The notes beneath the pieces are model-generated. The model saw only the letters and a program-made list of their open reading frames with translations, was not told the DNA's origin and did no database searches. Positions 19,146 through 30,290 of a stretch of DNA of 64,000 bases are shown here, in pieces (positions within the stretch are counted from its first letter, which is position 1; each line of letters begins with the position of its first letter). The translations under genes and the position numbers were made by a program. Origin of the DNA: a candidate division WOR-3 bacterium (GTDB taxonomy: Bacteria; Hydrothermota; Tepidihabitantia; SM23-42; JAOAFX01); the NCBI GenBank assembly GCA_037443805.1, contig JBBINQ010000008.1, forward strand, positions 3,075 through 67,074, written 5' to 3'.

Positions 19146-20948
19146 TTATTTCACCAGAATGAGCTTTACTGATTCCTTATTGTCTGCCAGTCCGAAATAT
19201 ATTCCTGGATTCAATCTCTTGCCATTATTGTCACAGCCATTCCACAGGCCAACACCCCTTTCAAGCGCAAGATTTCGCACCAGCCTTCCGCAGGCATCAT
19301 AGATTTTTACGGAATTAACATATGGTGCAAAATTGATATATGTTGTTTTCTTGAATGGGTTGGGCGATGCATAAGCAGGTCTTGTTTGGGTTCTAACATC
19401 TGGATTGAGTTCTTGTACTGCACCGGGCCAGAGCTCAATGTTCGCCCTTATTAAAATATCCATGCTTGCATTGTCACGATGAGGTGCCCAGGAACCAGTA
19501 TATTCATAACCTCTCATTGAAAATAGAGGGTCTGTATCCATTGAAAAACCAGGTTCACCTGCATATTCAGCTATACCACCGACATAGAATGCACCACTGG
19601 CAATCATAAAATAGTGATTTGAAACATCAATGTTCTTCCAACCTGTATCAGTAACCACTATCAAGGTATCAAAGATTACTGTTCCGGGGTCACCATTTGG
19701 TCCATCATCATCAATTAATTGTATATGAACCGGTGAGTTTCCACTGGTCGTAGAGCCAAAATGGAAATTCAATTGATTGACCTTTATTGGATAGCGCGGA
19801 GGATAGAATTTGTTACCCCAGCCCGAATTTGGACCGTTCCAGGACATCACTTGCTCATAGTTTCCATTATCATACTGAAGCGTTGCTGGATATGTTACTA
19901 CCCTAACCTCAACCACTGCGGAATCGTTTGATGGTGTCATATCACCGCTGAGCAATGATTTTACCTTAAGTGAATATGGTCCATTTACAGTGGGAGTCCA
20001 TGACGGCGTAAAAATTAAAGAGTCTGTGGCACCAGGTGAGATACTTGGCACATTGATTGTATCAGAAAAGACAACCATATTTGAAGGATTCCTAACCTCA
20101 CAATAGACATTGAATCCTGCTTCTGGTTGATTACCAGTATTCTTAATGACTGCCCATAAATTTATGGTATCATTATTATAAACAAAAATTCCACCAGACA
20201 CATCATTCATAACCTTCCAGACAGCAATATCGTGGACTTGATAAGTGGTTGATTCGGGTGGATAGAAGAGTATTGCAAGGTCATTATGAATTGTGTTATT
20301 GCTCGGCACATTATCGTGCTGGTATTGGAGACCAACTGCACCTGATACATTTTCAATACCGACAGTCAAAAAGTTTGTTCCACCACCAGGCGTTCCAGTT
20401 TGAACAAGATACTGGAAGGTAATTGTGCTATCGGGTTTTGAGAGTATGATTTGAAAAGTATTGAGACTGGTTCCAACATTCCAGAAGCGGACACTGTCGT
20501 ACTGGATAATACAGGTATCCTGTGCAGCATTTGTCCAGTACCAGCAAGTGCCCTGAGGTGTAAAATCAATATCGCTCATAAGCGGAGCAAGCACATTGTT
20601 TGGTGTTTGAGCATTGGGTAATGTCTGGAATGGATGCGCTTCAAGTGTCGGGTCACCAAATGCAATGTAGCCATTTGAGCCAACATAAAAAGAGTTTACC
20701 CTATACCAGTAATAAGGAAATTCAAAACCAATGGAGAATGGACCAACAACATTATCATCGGCAAGACCTGTAATCTGAGTTCCAACACCTTTAATATCAA
20801 TCCAGTTGAAGCTCGGACCGCCAGTTGTATCACTATCAATCCATCTGTAACCATAGGCATCAGGACCACCTGCACCAGTAATTGTTGGTTCGGTTATATT
20901 CAGGAATGGCGAACCAGCAACCTGCAGTAATATTAATATATATATCAT
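19146..20948 (-). CDS. Secreted protein with T9SS C-terminal sorting domain
   Basis: 600 aa; N-terminal signal peptide; C-terminus ...NGCDNNGKRLNPGIYFGLADNKESVKLILVK is typical of a Por/T9SS CTD. Confidence 0.7.
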   Translation of the reverse strand: MIYILILLQVAGSPFLNITEPTITGAGGPDAYGYRWIDSDTTGGPSFNWIDIKGVGTQITGLADDNVVGPFSIGFEFPYYWYRVNSFYVGSNGYIAFGDPTLEAHPFQTLPNAQTPNNVLAPLMSDIDFTPQGTCWYWTNAAQDTCIIQYDSVRFWNVGTSLNTFQIILSKPDSTITFQYLVQTGTPGGGTNFLTVGIENVSGAVGLQYQHDNVPSNNTIHNDLAILFYPPESTTYQVHDIAVWKVMNDVSGGIFVYNNDTINLWAVIKNTGNQPEAGFNVYCEVRNPSNMVVFSDTINVPSISPGATDSLIFTPSWTPTVNGPYSLKVKSLLSGDMTPSNDSAVVEVRVVTYPATLQYDNGNYEQVMSWNGPNSGWGNKFYPPRYPIKVNQLNFHFGSTTSGNSPVHIQLIDDDGPNGDPGTVIFDTLIVVTDTGWKNIDVSNHYFMIASGAFYVGGIAEYAGEPGFSMDTDPLFSMRGYEYTGSWAPHRDNASMDILIRANIELWPGAVQELNPDVRTQTRPAYASPNPFKKTTYINFAPYVNSVKIYDACGRLVRNLALERGVGLWNGCDNNGKRLNPGIYFGLADNKESVKLILVK

Positions 20949-20999
20949 AAGACCTCCTTATCATTGATTTTAATCAAAAATTCCTGAAAGTCAATACTC

Positions 21000-22670
21000 T
21001 TATTTTTCAAGAACTGACAATAAATCTTTTACTTCAAAAATCTCAACTGGTTGACTGATATTTTTTAACTTCACTGGCGGTAATTGCTGGGCGGAAATAT
21101 AATTTTTTACTGCCTCGTAAGTCGTTTTACTTATTAGAATCTGTCCTGGTTCAGCAATATCTTCCAGTCTTGAAGCAATATTAACTGCGGTTGAAACCAC
21201 AGTATATTCCATCCTTTTTTCATTGCCAATATTACCTGCAATCACTTCTCCAGTATTTATACCAATACCAATTTCAAATGATGAAACATCCGGGATATTC
21301 AGTTTTTTCTGCCAGTATTCTTTTAATTCCTGGACCCGCTTTTTCATTCCCAGTGCACATTTTACCGCCCTTAATGGACTATCTTCGTGAAAAACCGGAG
21401 CGCCAAATATTGCCATTACACAATCACCAATATACTTATCAAGTGTTCCTTCATACAGAAATACCTCTTCGGTCATACTGCTCAAAAAATCATTGAGGAT
21501 TTCAACCGCAACCACTGTATCAATCCGCTCCGTGAGTGAGGTGTAGCCACGAATATCACAAAAGAGGATTGTGGCAACACAATGTTCACCACCCGGCTTA
21601 ATCGCCTTTTCTTCAGTAATAATCTTTTTAACCACATCAGGAGAAAAGAATCGCTGTAATCTTTCAGTAATCCTTTCCTCTCTTTTTATCTTTTCATAGA
21701 GCTGGGCATTTTCAATGGCAATCGCAGCTTGACTGGCAAAAGAATCAAGAAATCCAATATCATCTTCAGAGAATTTATTAAAACCAACAGGATTATCAAG
21801 ATAGATTACACCTAAAATGGATTTTTCTTTTGAAATGAGTGGAACGCAGACAACAGAGCCTATGGCATAGGTAATGACGCTCTCCTGGGTTTTAAATTTT
21901 TCGTCCTTTGTTGCGTCGTCTGTAGCAACCAAACAGCCGGTCTTAAATGTTTCAAGGGCAATGGTCTGGCTGATACCAGTAGTCTTTTGAAGATCAATCT
22001 CACCTCCCATATTACGTGCCACCCTGACCTTGAGACTTTTTGAAGTCTCATCATAAAGCATAATAAAACCCCTCTTTGCCTGGATTATTCTTAATGCAAG
22101 GTCCATTAAGAGATTCAAAAGAACATTCAGGTCAAAGACAAAGTTTATCACCTTTCCCACTTCACATAGAGTAGCAGCAATTTCTCGTGATTTCTCTGCC
22201 TCCAATAATTTTTTTTGATATTCTTTAATACTCTCCTGGAGTGTGTTAATTGACCTTAATATCTTCTCCTTTTTTTCACCCTTATTAATTAAGATTTTTA
22301 TATTATCAATTGTTTTATCAATATCAAGAATATCTCCGAACCTTCGTGCTATAGTTTTTCGTTCAGGTATCTGGCTCAGTTTTTTTTCATCAACAAATGT
22401 TATTATAATGTTTCCTAACTGAATTTCATCACCGTAATCAAGTCTTTTTTCTGTAATCTTTTCACCGTTTACAAATGTGCCATAACGGCTCTTGTGGTCT
22501 TTGATAATATAATATTCACCTTTTTTAATGACCTCGGCATGTCGCCGTGATACAAAAATGTCATCAAGAACAATGTCATTATCATCAAGTCTACCCAGGG
22601 TAAGAAATTCTTTATCCAGTTTAATAATCTGGGTCTCTTCGTTAGATTTATGAATAAGAAATGTTGCCAC
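21000..22670 (-). CDS. FHA-GAF-adenylate/guanylate cyclase
   Basis: FHA (LGRLDDNDIVLDD..VSRRHAEV), GAF, and class III CHD (ATILFCDIRGYTSL, KYIGDCVMAIFGAP, GIGINTGEVIAGNIG). Confidence 0.88.
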   Translation of the reverse strand: MATFLIHKSNEETQIIKLDKEFLTLGRLDDNDIVLDDIFVSRRHAEVIKKGEYYIIKDHKSRYGTFVNGEKITEKRLDYGDEIQLGNIIITFVDEKKLSQIPERKTIARRFGDILDIDKTIDNIKILINKGEKKEKILRSINTLQESIKEYQKKLLEAEKSREIAATLCEVGKVINFVFDLNVLLNLLMDLALRIIQAKRGFIMLYDETSKSLKVRVARNMGGEIDLQKTTGISQTIALETFKTGCLVATDDATKDEKFKTQESVITYAIGSVVCVPLISKEKSILGVIYLDNPVGFNKFSEDDIGFLDSFASQAAIAIENAQLYEKIKREERITERLQRFFSPDVVKKIITEEKAIKPGGEHCVATILFCDIRGYTSLTERIDTVVAVEILNDFLSSMTEEVFLYEGTLDKYIGDCVMAIFGAPVFHEDSPLRAVKCALGMKKRVQELKEYWQKKLNIPDVSSFEIGIGINTGEVIAGNIGNEKRMEYTVVSTAVNIASRLEDIAEPGQILISKTTYEAVKNYISAQQLPPVKLKNISQPVEIFEVKDLLSVLEK

Positions 22671-23557
22671 TACCTGCAGATAACTACATTGTCAAAACTG
22701 GCATTTATCTGATTTGTCCCTTCTCTTTCAATAAGTAAACCGGCCTTTCCTTCACCAAAAGTGCCATCTGTTTTTTCAATTTTCAATTCCTCATTAAAAT
22801 ATATTTTGAATTGTGTATCACAGACATCTACCCACAAGTCATACCACTGGTTATGTGCCACAAAGACCTGCGCATGGTCAATAATAGTAAGCACACCATT
22901 GACTACTTTGCAAAAGAAGAGCCTTTCCCTTGATGTAGATACAGTATAATAATTAAGGCTATCCTGTAATCTCAATACCACACCCACTTGACTAAATGAA
23001 TCAGGAGGCGTATTAAACTTGAATTCAATGCCAATGGCAAAACTTTGCACAGTTTGATTGTATAAGACAAGACCGCGCTGGGAAAAACAACTATACACAT
23101 TTGGCAGGGATGGTGCACTATTATCGTTCTGGACATTCCAATTACCATAAATCCACTTAAAATCAAATGGCTCAATTGTGCCTACTGTATCATTATCAAA
23201 ATTAAAGATCATTGTTGAAAAATAGAGGTCAACAGTATCAGAAGTTCCAGCCGGCAAACTCTCTGGATAATATTCTGCAGGAAGATAATATGGAGCAAAT
23301 GCCATTATTTTATAGATGCCCGGGTCTATGTCAGAGAATTCATACCATCCTTCAAGGTCAGAGAATGTTGAATCATAGAGTTCATGGTCAAGGGTCAATA
23401 ATTTGACTTTGGCATTCTTAACCTTACCGTAAGGTGAATCAAGTATGCCGTTTAAATAAGCCTTATCCGGATTTTTCGGGTCAAATTCATTGTCCCTTTT
23501 AGGTTTGAGGCAGGCGACCATAAAAATAATGATTATTGAAATAAATATTTTTTTCAT
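22670..23557 (-). CDS. Lipoprotein with carboxypeptidase-regulatory-like domain, function unknown
   Basis: Start set at the MKKIFISI ATG preceded by AGGAGG; lipobox ...MVACLK. Confidence 0.55.
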   Translation of the reverse strand: MKKIFISIIIIFMVACLKPKRDNEFDPKNPDKAYLNGILDSPYGKVKNAKVKLLTLDHELYDSTFSDLEGWYEFSDIDPGIYKIMAFAPYYLPAEYYPESLPAGTSDTVDLYFSTMIFNFDNDTVGTIEPFDFKWIYGNWNVQNDNSAPSLPNVYSCFSQRGLVLYNQTVQSFAIGIEFKFNTPPDSFSQVGVVLRLQDSLNYYTVSTSRERLFFCKVVNGVLTIIDHAQVFVAHNQWYDLWVDVCDTQFKIYFNEELKIEKTDGTFGEGKAGLLIEREGTNQINASFDNVVICR

Positions 23558-23588
23558 TTTGCCTCCTATGTTAATCATTTATTAAGTT

Positions 23589-24446
23589 CTATTTAATCGC
23601 AAAATTGTATCCAATCTGAAAATAATCTTTATTCAGACTGCAATAAAACCCTTTATCAAATATATTCATTGATGATTTTGTAACGGGCTTTGCTGTTAGC
23701 ACATCGTAGATATTATAAACATATAACACAAAATAGGAACCCCAGGAGATTGCCGCAATGTTATACCATAACCGGTATTCTTTGTAAGCCTGGTCCATTT
23801 CATCCTCATTGCCTGGTTCAATATCAAGATATTTCTTATGTTTTACCTCTTGAATAGAACTTGATATCACTGCTGTAGGCAAAAGAATTGCCGTTGCAAT
23901 CATCAATTTTTTCCCTTTTGAACTTTCGCCTTTATACATCTGGCCCCAGCCCGGTAAACAGCAACTGCGTAATAAGGCACCAGTAGTACTCACCTGAGCA
24001 GGCTGGACAACAGGTTTTGTTGGCTTTGCAGGTGGTTGGACTGTTGGTGGTTTGGGTGTGACCAATACCATCTCTGCTTTTGCTTCTTCAAATACCTTGA
24101 TAATCTTCGGTGAAACAGTAGCAGGGTCAAGTTCTAATTTCGGGTCGAGCATTAGTGCCTTTTTAAACTGTTCTTTTGCCCTTTCCTTATCACCAAATGC
24201 AACATAACTGAATGCCAGATATTTATATGCTTCAACCTGTTCAGTCTGGTTGAGTTGTTTTAAGTATTGCAGGGCATCTTCCAGTTGTTTTATTGCATTT
24301 TCGTATTCACCATTGTTATAATATAATTTTGCCTTTTCCAGCATCTTTAAGAGTGAATCTCCACTGACCTGCTGGCTAAAACTGAAACCAACAAAGACTG
24401 CACATAAAATTATAGAGAATTTTTTTAACATATATACTCCTTTCAC
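23589..24446 (-). CDS. TPR-repeat protein (secreted/membrane-anchored)
   Basis: 285 aa; signal peptide; TPR-like helices; proline-rich linker; C-terminal hydrophobic segment. Confidence 0.6.
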   Translation of the reverse strand: MKGVYMLKKFSIILCAVFVGFSFSQQVSGDSLLKMLEKAKLYYNNGEYENAIKQLEDALQYLKQLNQTEQVEAYKYLAFSYVAFGDKERAKEQFKKALMLDPKLELDPATVSPKIIKVFEEAKAEMVLVTPKPPTVQPPAKPTKPVVQPAQVSTTGALLRSCCLPGWGQMYKGESSKGKKLMIATAILLPTAVISSSIQEVKHKKYLDIEPGNEDEMDQAYKEYRLWYNIAAISWGSYFVLYVYNIYDVLTAKPVTKSSMNIFDKGFYCSLNKDYFQIGYNFAIK

Positions 24447-26386
24447 TTTGGTTTAAGTTCAATATTTTTCTTTAAGGTCCGATTTACTGATATTTCTATT
24501 GTCTCTTCGTATGGCTGGTAAGACGGGTTTATTAATTTTAATATATGTCTGCCCGCAGATAATCTAATGGGTTCGGCAATGGGTGTTGTTTCATAGAATT
24601 TCCCATCAATATATACATCTGCCCAGGGTTTGACTGTAATCTTTAAAAAGCCCTCAAGTGGTTCAAGTTTTACATTCAAATCCACGGTCTGGTCCGGGGT
24701 AAATTTTATTCTTTTTTGCCAGATTTTAAAATTGGGATTTTCAAGGCGCACTGTATGTATTCCTGCACTCAACTGAAGTGGCCTTGCAATGGGTGTTGTT
24801 TCAATATATACATTATCAATATAGATCTTTGCCCAGGGTTTAACCTTAACCTTCAGATAACTTGTTCCTTCAACTGGTGGTATGGGTTTTTGAACGGGTG
24901 GTTTAACTATGATATTCGTATCTTTCTTTGCGATTTCTGCAGTCAAACTAATATTGAGGTTGATTGTATCATTACCCTTAATTTCAAATCTCTGCAAAGA
25001 GGGTTTATACCCGGATTTTTTAAATTCAACCTGATATTCTCCTATTTTTAGACTCTCCAGTATTGCTGGAGTCTTTTTTCCTAAACTGTCATTATTAAGA
25101 AAGACCTCTGCCCCATCTGGTGTTGTATTCAATATTGCATATCCAGTCAGTGGTATCTGTGGCGCAACCTGGGATCTTTGTCTTGGTAAAAACTTTGAAA
25201 GGGCAAATAAGATTATTACAATCGCAATTATACCAGCCACTATTGCGATGGGGCTGAAGGCTTTTTTTTCTACGGATTTCTTCTCTTCTTTAGGAACGAC
25301 TTTTTTCTTTGCAATCGGAGTTTTCTCTTTCTTTTTCTTTAATTCATCAAGATAAATCTTTGCCTTTGAATCATCTGGGTCTAAAATAAGAACTTTTTCA
25401 AATTCACCTATTGCGTCATCAATCTTTTCATAACCGAGGTTCATAAAATAGATTGCCCGTTCATAATGCCGTTCTTTCCTTTTCTGCAAAAGGTTCTGAA
25501 AATTCTGGGCAGGTGTAGCAATGAAATCACCAATCTCTTTTCGTTGAATCTCAATCCGATTTCTGCGTAGATAACTGCTGATTTCTGAAACAACATCATT
25601 GCATTGCTGGTATCTTTTATCCGGGTCTTTCTCTAACATTCGTTCAATAATGCTACTTATTTCTTTTGAAACGAGCGGGTTTGCTTCAAACGGCTTTGGT
25701 GGTGTAATGGTGAGGATTTCATGGATTACTGAAGAGTAATTATCGCCCCGAAATGGTTTTATGCCGGTAATCATCTCATAGATAACCACACCGAGCGAGA
25801 ATATATCAGAACGGATATCTACTTTTTTGCCAGCTGCCTGCTCAGGCGACATATATGCAGGTGTGCCGACGATTGAACCAGTCACAGTTATTGATGTCAA
25901 ATCCTGAGCCTGGGCAAGTCCAAAATCTGCAATCTTTACAGTTCCATCATAACCGATTAGAATGTTTGCAGGCTTCACATCGCGGTGAACAATACCCTTT
26001 TGATGAGCATAATCAAGCCCTTTGCTGATTTCAATTGCAATAGATAGGGCGACCTCCTGGGGAACAAATTTTATCTGGTTCAATATCTCTTTCAAACTCT
26101 TGCCATCCACATATTCCATTGCAATAAAATAGACCTCTTCATCCCGACCAAAATCAATAATATTAACAATATTTTCGTGCTGGAGGTTTGCTGCTGCCTT
26201 TGCCTCCCGTTCAAAGCGGACAATAAAATCTTTATCCTGCGCAAGGTGTCCGTGCAATATCTTTATTGCGACAATCCGGTCAAGGGAGATCTGAACCGCC
26301 TTATAAATTGCTGCCATGCCACCAGTTGCAATAAGCTCTTTTATTTCAAAATTTCTGATTTTGCGATTTATCATAAGATATTTCAA
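24443..26386 (-). CDS. Ser/Thr protein kinase (PknB-like) with transmembrane helix and C-terminal PEGA repeats
   Basis: HRDVKPANILI, DFGLA, GTPAYMSPE kinase motifs; three repeated ~70-aa PEGA-like beta-rich modules. Confidence 0.88.
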   Translation of the reverse strand: MKYLMINRKIRNFEIKELIATGGMAAIYKAVQISLDRIVAIKILHGHLAQDKDFIVRFEREAKAAANLQHENIVNIIDFGRDEEVYFIAMEYVDGKSLKEILNQIKFVPQEVALSIAIEISKGLDYAHQKGIVHRDVKPANILIGYDGTVKIADFGLAQAQDLTSITVTGSIVGTPAYMSPEQAAGKKVDIRSDIFSLGVVIYEMITGIKPFRGDNYSSVIHEILTITPPKPFEANPLVSKEISSIIERMLEKDPDKRYQQCNDVVSEISSYLRRNRIEIQRKEIGDFIATPAQNFQNLLQKRKERHYERAIYFMNLGYEKIDDAIGEFEKVLILDPDDSKAKIYLDELKKKKEKTPIAKKKVVPKEEKKSVEKKAFSPIAIVAGIIAIVIILFALSKFLPRQRSQVAPQIPLTGYAILNTTPDGAEVFLNNDSLGKKTPAILESLKIGEYQVEFKKSGYKPSLQRFEIKGNDTINLNISLTAEIAKKDTNIIVKPPVQKPIPPVEGTSYLKVKVKPWAKIYIDNVYIETTPIARPLQLSAGIHTVRLENPNFKIWQKRIKFTPDQTVDLNVKLEPLEGFLKITVKPWADVYIDGKFYETTPIAEPIRLSAGRHILKLINPSYQPYEETIEISVNRTLKKNIELKPK

Positions 26387-26533
26387 TATTATATTAAATT
26401 ATATTGAATAGTCAAGTAAATGTTATGACTAAACTTTTTAAATTTAGATTCTGTCAAAAAATAAAATTATAATTCCTAGAATTTTCCTTTACTTTTTAAT
26501 TTTTCTTGATAAAATTTATAAAGCAGGAGGTAA

Positions 26534-27535
26534 TTGATGGAGATGGCACAGGATGAGATAAAAGAGATAAATGAACAAATAAATAAAGAAAGTATCATTG
26601 TGCAGAAATTGACGAGTGAGATAAACCGAGCGATTGTGGGTCAGCACTATTTGCTCAATCGGTTATTGGTTGGGTTGCTTGCCAATGGTCATATCCTTAT
26701 TGAGGGTGTGCCAGGTCTTGCAAAGACCTATGCCGTGCGCACCCTATCAAAGGCAATAAAGGCAAAATTCCAGCGTATCCAATTTACACCTGACCTATTG
26801 CCAGCAGATATTATAGGTACACTTGTGTATAATCAACGCACTGGAGAGTTCACAGTTAGTAAAGGACCAATCTTTGCCAATCTGATCCTTGCTGATGAGA
26901 TAAACCGCACACCGCCCAAGGTGCAGAGTGCACTTCTGGAAGCAATGCAGGAACGCCAGGTGACAATAGGTGAGCAAACATTCAAATTAGAAGAGCCATT
27001 CTTAGTTCTTGCTACGCAGAACCCTATAGAACAGGAAGGGACCTATCCCCTGCCCGAGGCACAGGTTGACCGATTCCTGCTAAAGGTAAAGATTACTTAT
27101 CCTACCAAAGAAGAAGAAAAAGAGATTATGGAAAGGATTGCAGTTCAGGGAGAACCAGAGATCAAGCCAGTGGTGGATTTAGAATCAATCCTCAATGCCC
27201 GTGAACTATGCAAAAAGATATATATTGATAAAAAGATCAAAGACTATATTGTTGACCTTGTCTTTGCGACAAGAGAGCCAGAAAAATATAATCTTGGCGA
27301 AATAAAGGGACTTATTCGTTATGGTGCATCCCCGCGCGCATCAATCTATCTTGCTACAACTGCCCGTGCACTCGCTTTTCTGAAAAGACGGGGTTTTGTA
27401 ATTCCTGAAGACATTAAGGAACTTGCTCCTGATGTCCTGCGCCATCGCATTATTCTGACCTATGAGGCAGAGGCAGAGGAGATAACAACCGATGATGTGA
27501 TTCAAAAGATACTCAATGGCATTGAAGTGCCATAA
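26534..27535 (+). CDS. moxR: MoxR-family AAA+ ATPase
   Basis: Walker A GVPGLAKT, Walker B LLADEINR, AAA_3 pattern. Confidence 0.9.
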   Translation: MMEMAQDEIKEINEQINKESIIVQKLTSEINRAIVGQHYLLNRLLVGLLANGHILIEGVPGLAKTYAVRTLSKAIKAKFQRIQFTPDLLPADIIGTLVYNQRTGEFTVSKGPIFANLILADEINRTPPKVQSALLEAMQERQVTIGEQTFKLEEPFLVLATQNPIEQEGTYPLPEAQVDRFLLKVKITYPTKEEEKEIMERIAVQGEPEIKPVVDLESILNARELCKKIYIDKKIKDYIVDLVFATREPEKYNLGEIKGLIRYGASPRASIYLATTARALAFLKRRGFVIPEDIKELAPDVLRHRIILTYEAEAEEITTDDVIQKILNGIEVP

Positions 27536-27541
27536 ACTTCA

Positions 27542-28435
27542 ATGATTTCACCAGAATTTATAAAAAAGATTCGGGCAATTGAGATCCGGACAAAAAAGAT
27601 TGTAAATACGACATTTGCCGGCGAATATAAATCAACATTTAAAGGCACAGGAATAGAGTTTGTAGATGTGCGGGAATATCTACCAGGCGATGATATTCGT
27701 TCCATTGATTGGAAGGTTTCCGCACGCATGGCAAGACCTTATGTCAAAAAATTTGTGGAAGAGCGCGAACTCACAGTAATTATCTGTGTTGATGCATCTG
27801 GTTCCTGCCATTTTGGAACAAGAAATTTGCCCAAAATAGAACTTGCGGCTGAGGTTGCTGCAACCTTAGCATTCTCCGCCGTGCGTAACAATGACAAAGT
27901 AGGATTACTCTTTTTTACTGACAAAATAGAAAAATATATTCCACCAAAAAAGGGAAGATTCCATGCGCTCCGTCTTATTCGGGATATCCTCTATTTCCAG
28001 CCCGAACATAAAGCAACAGACCCGATTCAGGCACTGGAATTTTTAATGCATATCCTCAAACATCGGGCAATTATATTTTTTATCAGCGATTTTATTGGTG
28101 AAGGATTTGCGCCTGATAAACTGCGTATTCCACTGGGAGTTGCTGCGCGCAAACATGACCTGGTGATAATCAAAATTAGTGACCCGGGTGAAAACAGGAT
28201 TCCGGTAATAGGGCTTGTGCAATTAGAAGACCTGGAGAGTGGCGAAACTATAATGATTGATACAAGAAATCGCAGCCTTATGAACAATTATGCACAGTTC
28301 ATAAACGAGAAAAAGGTGGCGATAGAAAAACTTTTTAATTCCCTGGGCATTGATAGTATCAGACTTTCCACTACTGAAGATTTTGTTCCTCATCTCCATA
28401 AATTCTTTGAACAGAGGGCAAGGCGCTACCGATGA
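27542..28435 (+). CDS. DUF58 (vWA-like) protein, MoxR partner
   Basis: 297 aa; conserved DUF58 position after moxR. Confidence 0.8.
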   Translation: MISPEFIKKIRAIEIRTKKIVNTTFAGEYKSTFKGTGIEFVDVREYLPGDDIRSIDWKVSARMARPYVKKFVEERELTVIICVDASGSCHFGTRNLPKIELAAEVAATLAFSAVRNNDKVGLLFFTDKIEKYIPPKKGRFHALRLIRDILYFQPEHKATDPIQALEFLMHILKHRAIIFFISDFIGEGFAPDKLRIPLGVAARKHDLVIIKISDPGENRIPVIGLVQLEDLESGETIMIDTRNRSLMNNYAQFINEKKVAIEKLFNSLGIDSIRLSTTEDFVPHLHKFFEQRARRYR

Positions 28436-29316
28436 TTAATATCATTTTTATTATTATTTTATCTCAGATTGAGGCAAAGGCAAACCTCTCCCGTGAATAT
28501 CTCAATAAAAAGTTCACTATCGGTGACCCATTTGAAATTTTAGTGGAGATAAAGGCACCTGCCGGGCAAAAAACCACTGGACCTTTTATTGATTCACTTG
28601 AACCATTTGTCATCATTGACCAGAAACATAAAATCATCCAGGAAAAAGGACAAGCTAAGGATATTTATTTACTCAGAGTGGCTGCCTTTTCTGCGGGTGA
28701 TTTAAAATTTCCTCCAATCAAATTTTTTGTTAAAGACAGCACGCGCTTAGATACCATAAAGACCAATGAAGTGTCAATAAAAATCATTTCGGTTCTTCCG
28801 GAAAAGATGGAAGAGATAAATGATATCAAAGAGGCAGTTGAATTTCCTAATCCCTTGCCACTGCTCCTCGTTTTAATCCTTGCTGGCTCAGGGATGCTCA
28901 GTTTTATTGGTATTAAATTATACAAAAAATACAAAAGAATCAAGGCAGAGAAAAAACCATCAATACCCTGCTGGGAACAGGCAATGAACGCAATTAGCAA
29001 TCTCTTGGAACAGGACCTGGTCGCAAAGGGTCTTTTGAAAAAATTCTATTATACACTGAGCGAAATTTTAAAACGGTATCTTGAATTCAGATTTGGTTTT
29101 CCTGCAATTGAGCAGACCACGACCGAAATTATACAGAGTATGAAAAGGGAAAAAATTCCTCTGCGTGATGAATTTGCCGATTTCTTTTCAAGGGTTGACC
29201 AGGTAAAATATACAAAATATATTCCACCTCAAAATGAAATTGAGACCATCGTCCATCAGGCAAAGGATTTGATAACCCGAACAATTCCAGAACAAAATGT
29301 AACGGAGCAAAGATGA
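28432..29316 (+). CDS. Membrane protein of the Bat operon (hypothetical)
   Basis: 294 aa, one internal TM; positional equivalent of the unnamed gene between DUF58 and batA. Confidence 0.55.
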   Translation: MINIIFIIILSQIEAKANLSREYLNKKFTIGDPFEILVEIKAPAGQKTTGPFIDSLEPFVIIDQKHKIIQEKGQAKDIYLLRVAAFSAGDLKFPPIKFFVKDSTRLDTIKTNEVSIKIISVLPEKMEEINDIKEAVEFPNPLPLLLVLILAGSGMLSFIGIKLYKKYKRIKAEKKPSIPCWEQAMNAISNLLEQDLVAKGLLKKFYYTLSEILKRYLEFRFGFPAIEQTTTEIIQSMKREKIPLRDEFADFFSRVDQVKYTKYIPPQNEIETIVHQAKDLITRTIPEQNVTEQR

Positions 29317-30290
29317 GATTTGCACATCTATTATTTTTACTACTATTTATCCCGCTGGCTGGTCTTATCTACTGGGAATTTAGAAAGCGCACCAGTACTA
29401 TAAAATTTCCTGATATTACATTTTTTAAATCTAATGAGCATCAGGGCAGGATACTTGATACAATTATGAAGGTTCTAACCTTTGCCGGATTATTTTTTAT
29501 CATTCTCAGCCTTGCCCGACCCCAGAAAGGTAGGGTCTATGAAGAAACAGAATCCCACGGTGTTGATATTATGCTATGCCTTGATATTTCAGGCACAATG
29601 CAGGCTGAGGATTTTCATCCTAAAAACCGTTTGTTTGTAGCAAAGGAAACGGCAAAGGAATTTATTTCCAAAAGAAAAGGGGATAGAATCGGTATGGTCA
29701 TATTTTCTGCCCTGCCCTTAACTCAGTGCCCCCTGACATCTGACCATAAAATACTCAATGACATAATTGACCGGATTGAATATGGTATTCTACCTGATGG
29801 AACTGCAATTGGTATGGGACTGGCAACTGCAATATCAAGGCTCAAGGATTCAAAGGCAAAAGAAAAGGTAGTGATCCTTTTGACTGATGGACTCAACAAT
29901 GCAGGCGAAATTGAACCGATTACTGCGGCAAAACTTGCCCAGACTTATGGAATAAAGGTCTATTGTATTGGTGTTGGTTCCAAGGGTCCAGTACCGATCC
30001 CGGTAAACCATCCAATCTATGGCAGGATATATGTTCGCGAAGAAATAGATTTGGATATGGAGGTCCTGGAGCAGATATCAGCACTCACCCAGGCAAAATC
30101 ATTCCTTGCGACCGATGCGAATGCACTCCGCACCATATATGATGAAATTGACAAAATGGAGCCAACCGAATTCAAGGTGCACAGACACACGGTCTATTCA
30201 GAAAAGGCAGAAATCTTTATGGTGCCGGGCTTATTTCTTATCTTGCTAAATCTGATATTGTCTTTCACCTTTTTAAGAAAATTACCATGA
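29313..30290 (+). CDS. batA: BatA-type vWA-domain membrane protein
   Basis: N-terminal TMs and vWA MIDAS (DISGTM...TDG). Confidence 0.8.
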   Translation: MRFAHLLFLLLFIPLAGLIYWEFRKRTSTIKFPDITFFKSNEHQGRILDTIMKVLTFAGLFFIILSLARPQKGRVYEETESHGVDIMLCLDISGTMQAEDFHPKNRLFVAKETAKEFISKRKGDRIGMVIFSALPLTQCPLTSDHKILNDIIDRIEYGILPDGTAIGMGLATAISRLKDSKAKEKVVILLTDGLNNAGEIEPITAAKLAQTYGIKVYCIGVGSKGPVPIPVNHPIYGRIYVREEIDLDMEVLEQISALTQAKSFLATDANALRTIYDEIDKMEPTEFKVHRHTVYSEKAEIFMVPGLFLILLNLILSFTFLRKLP

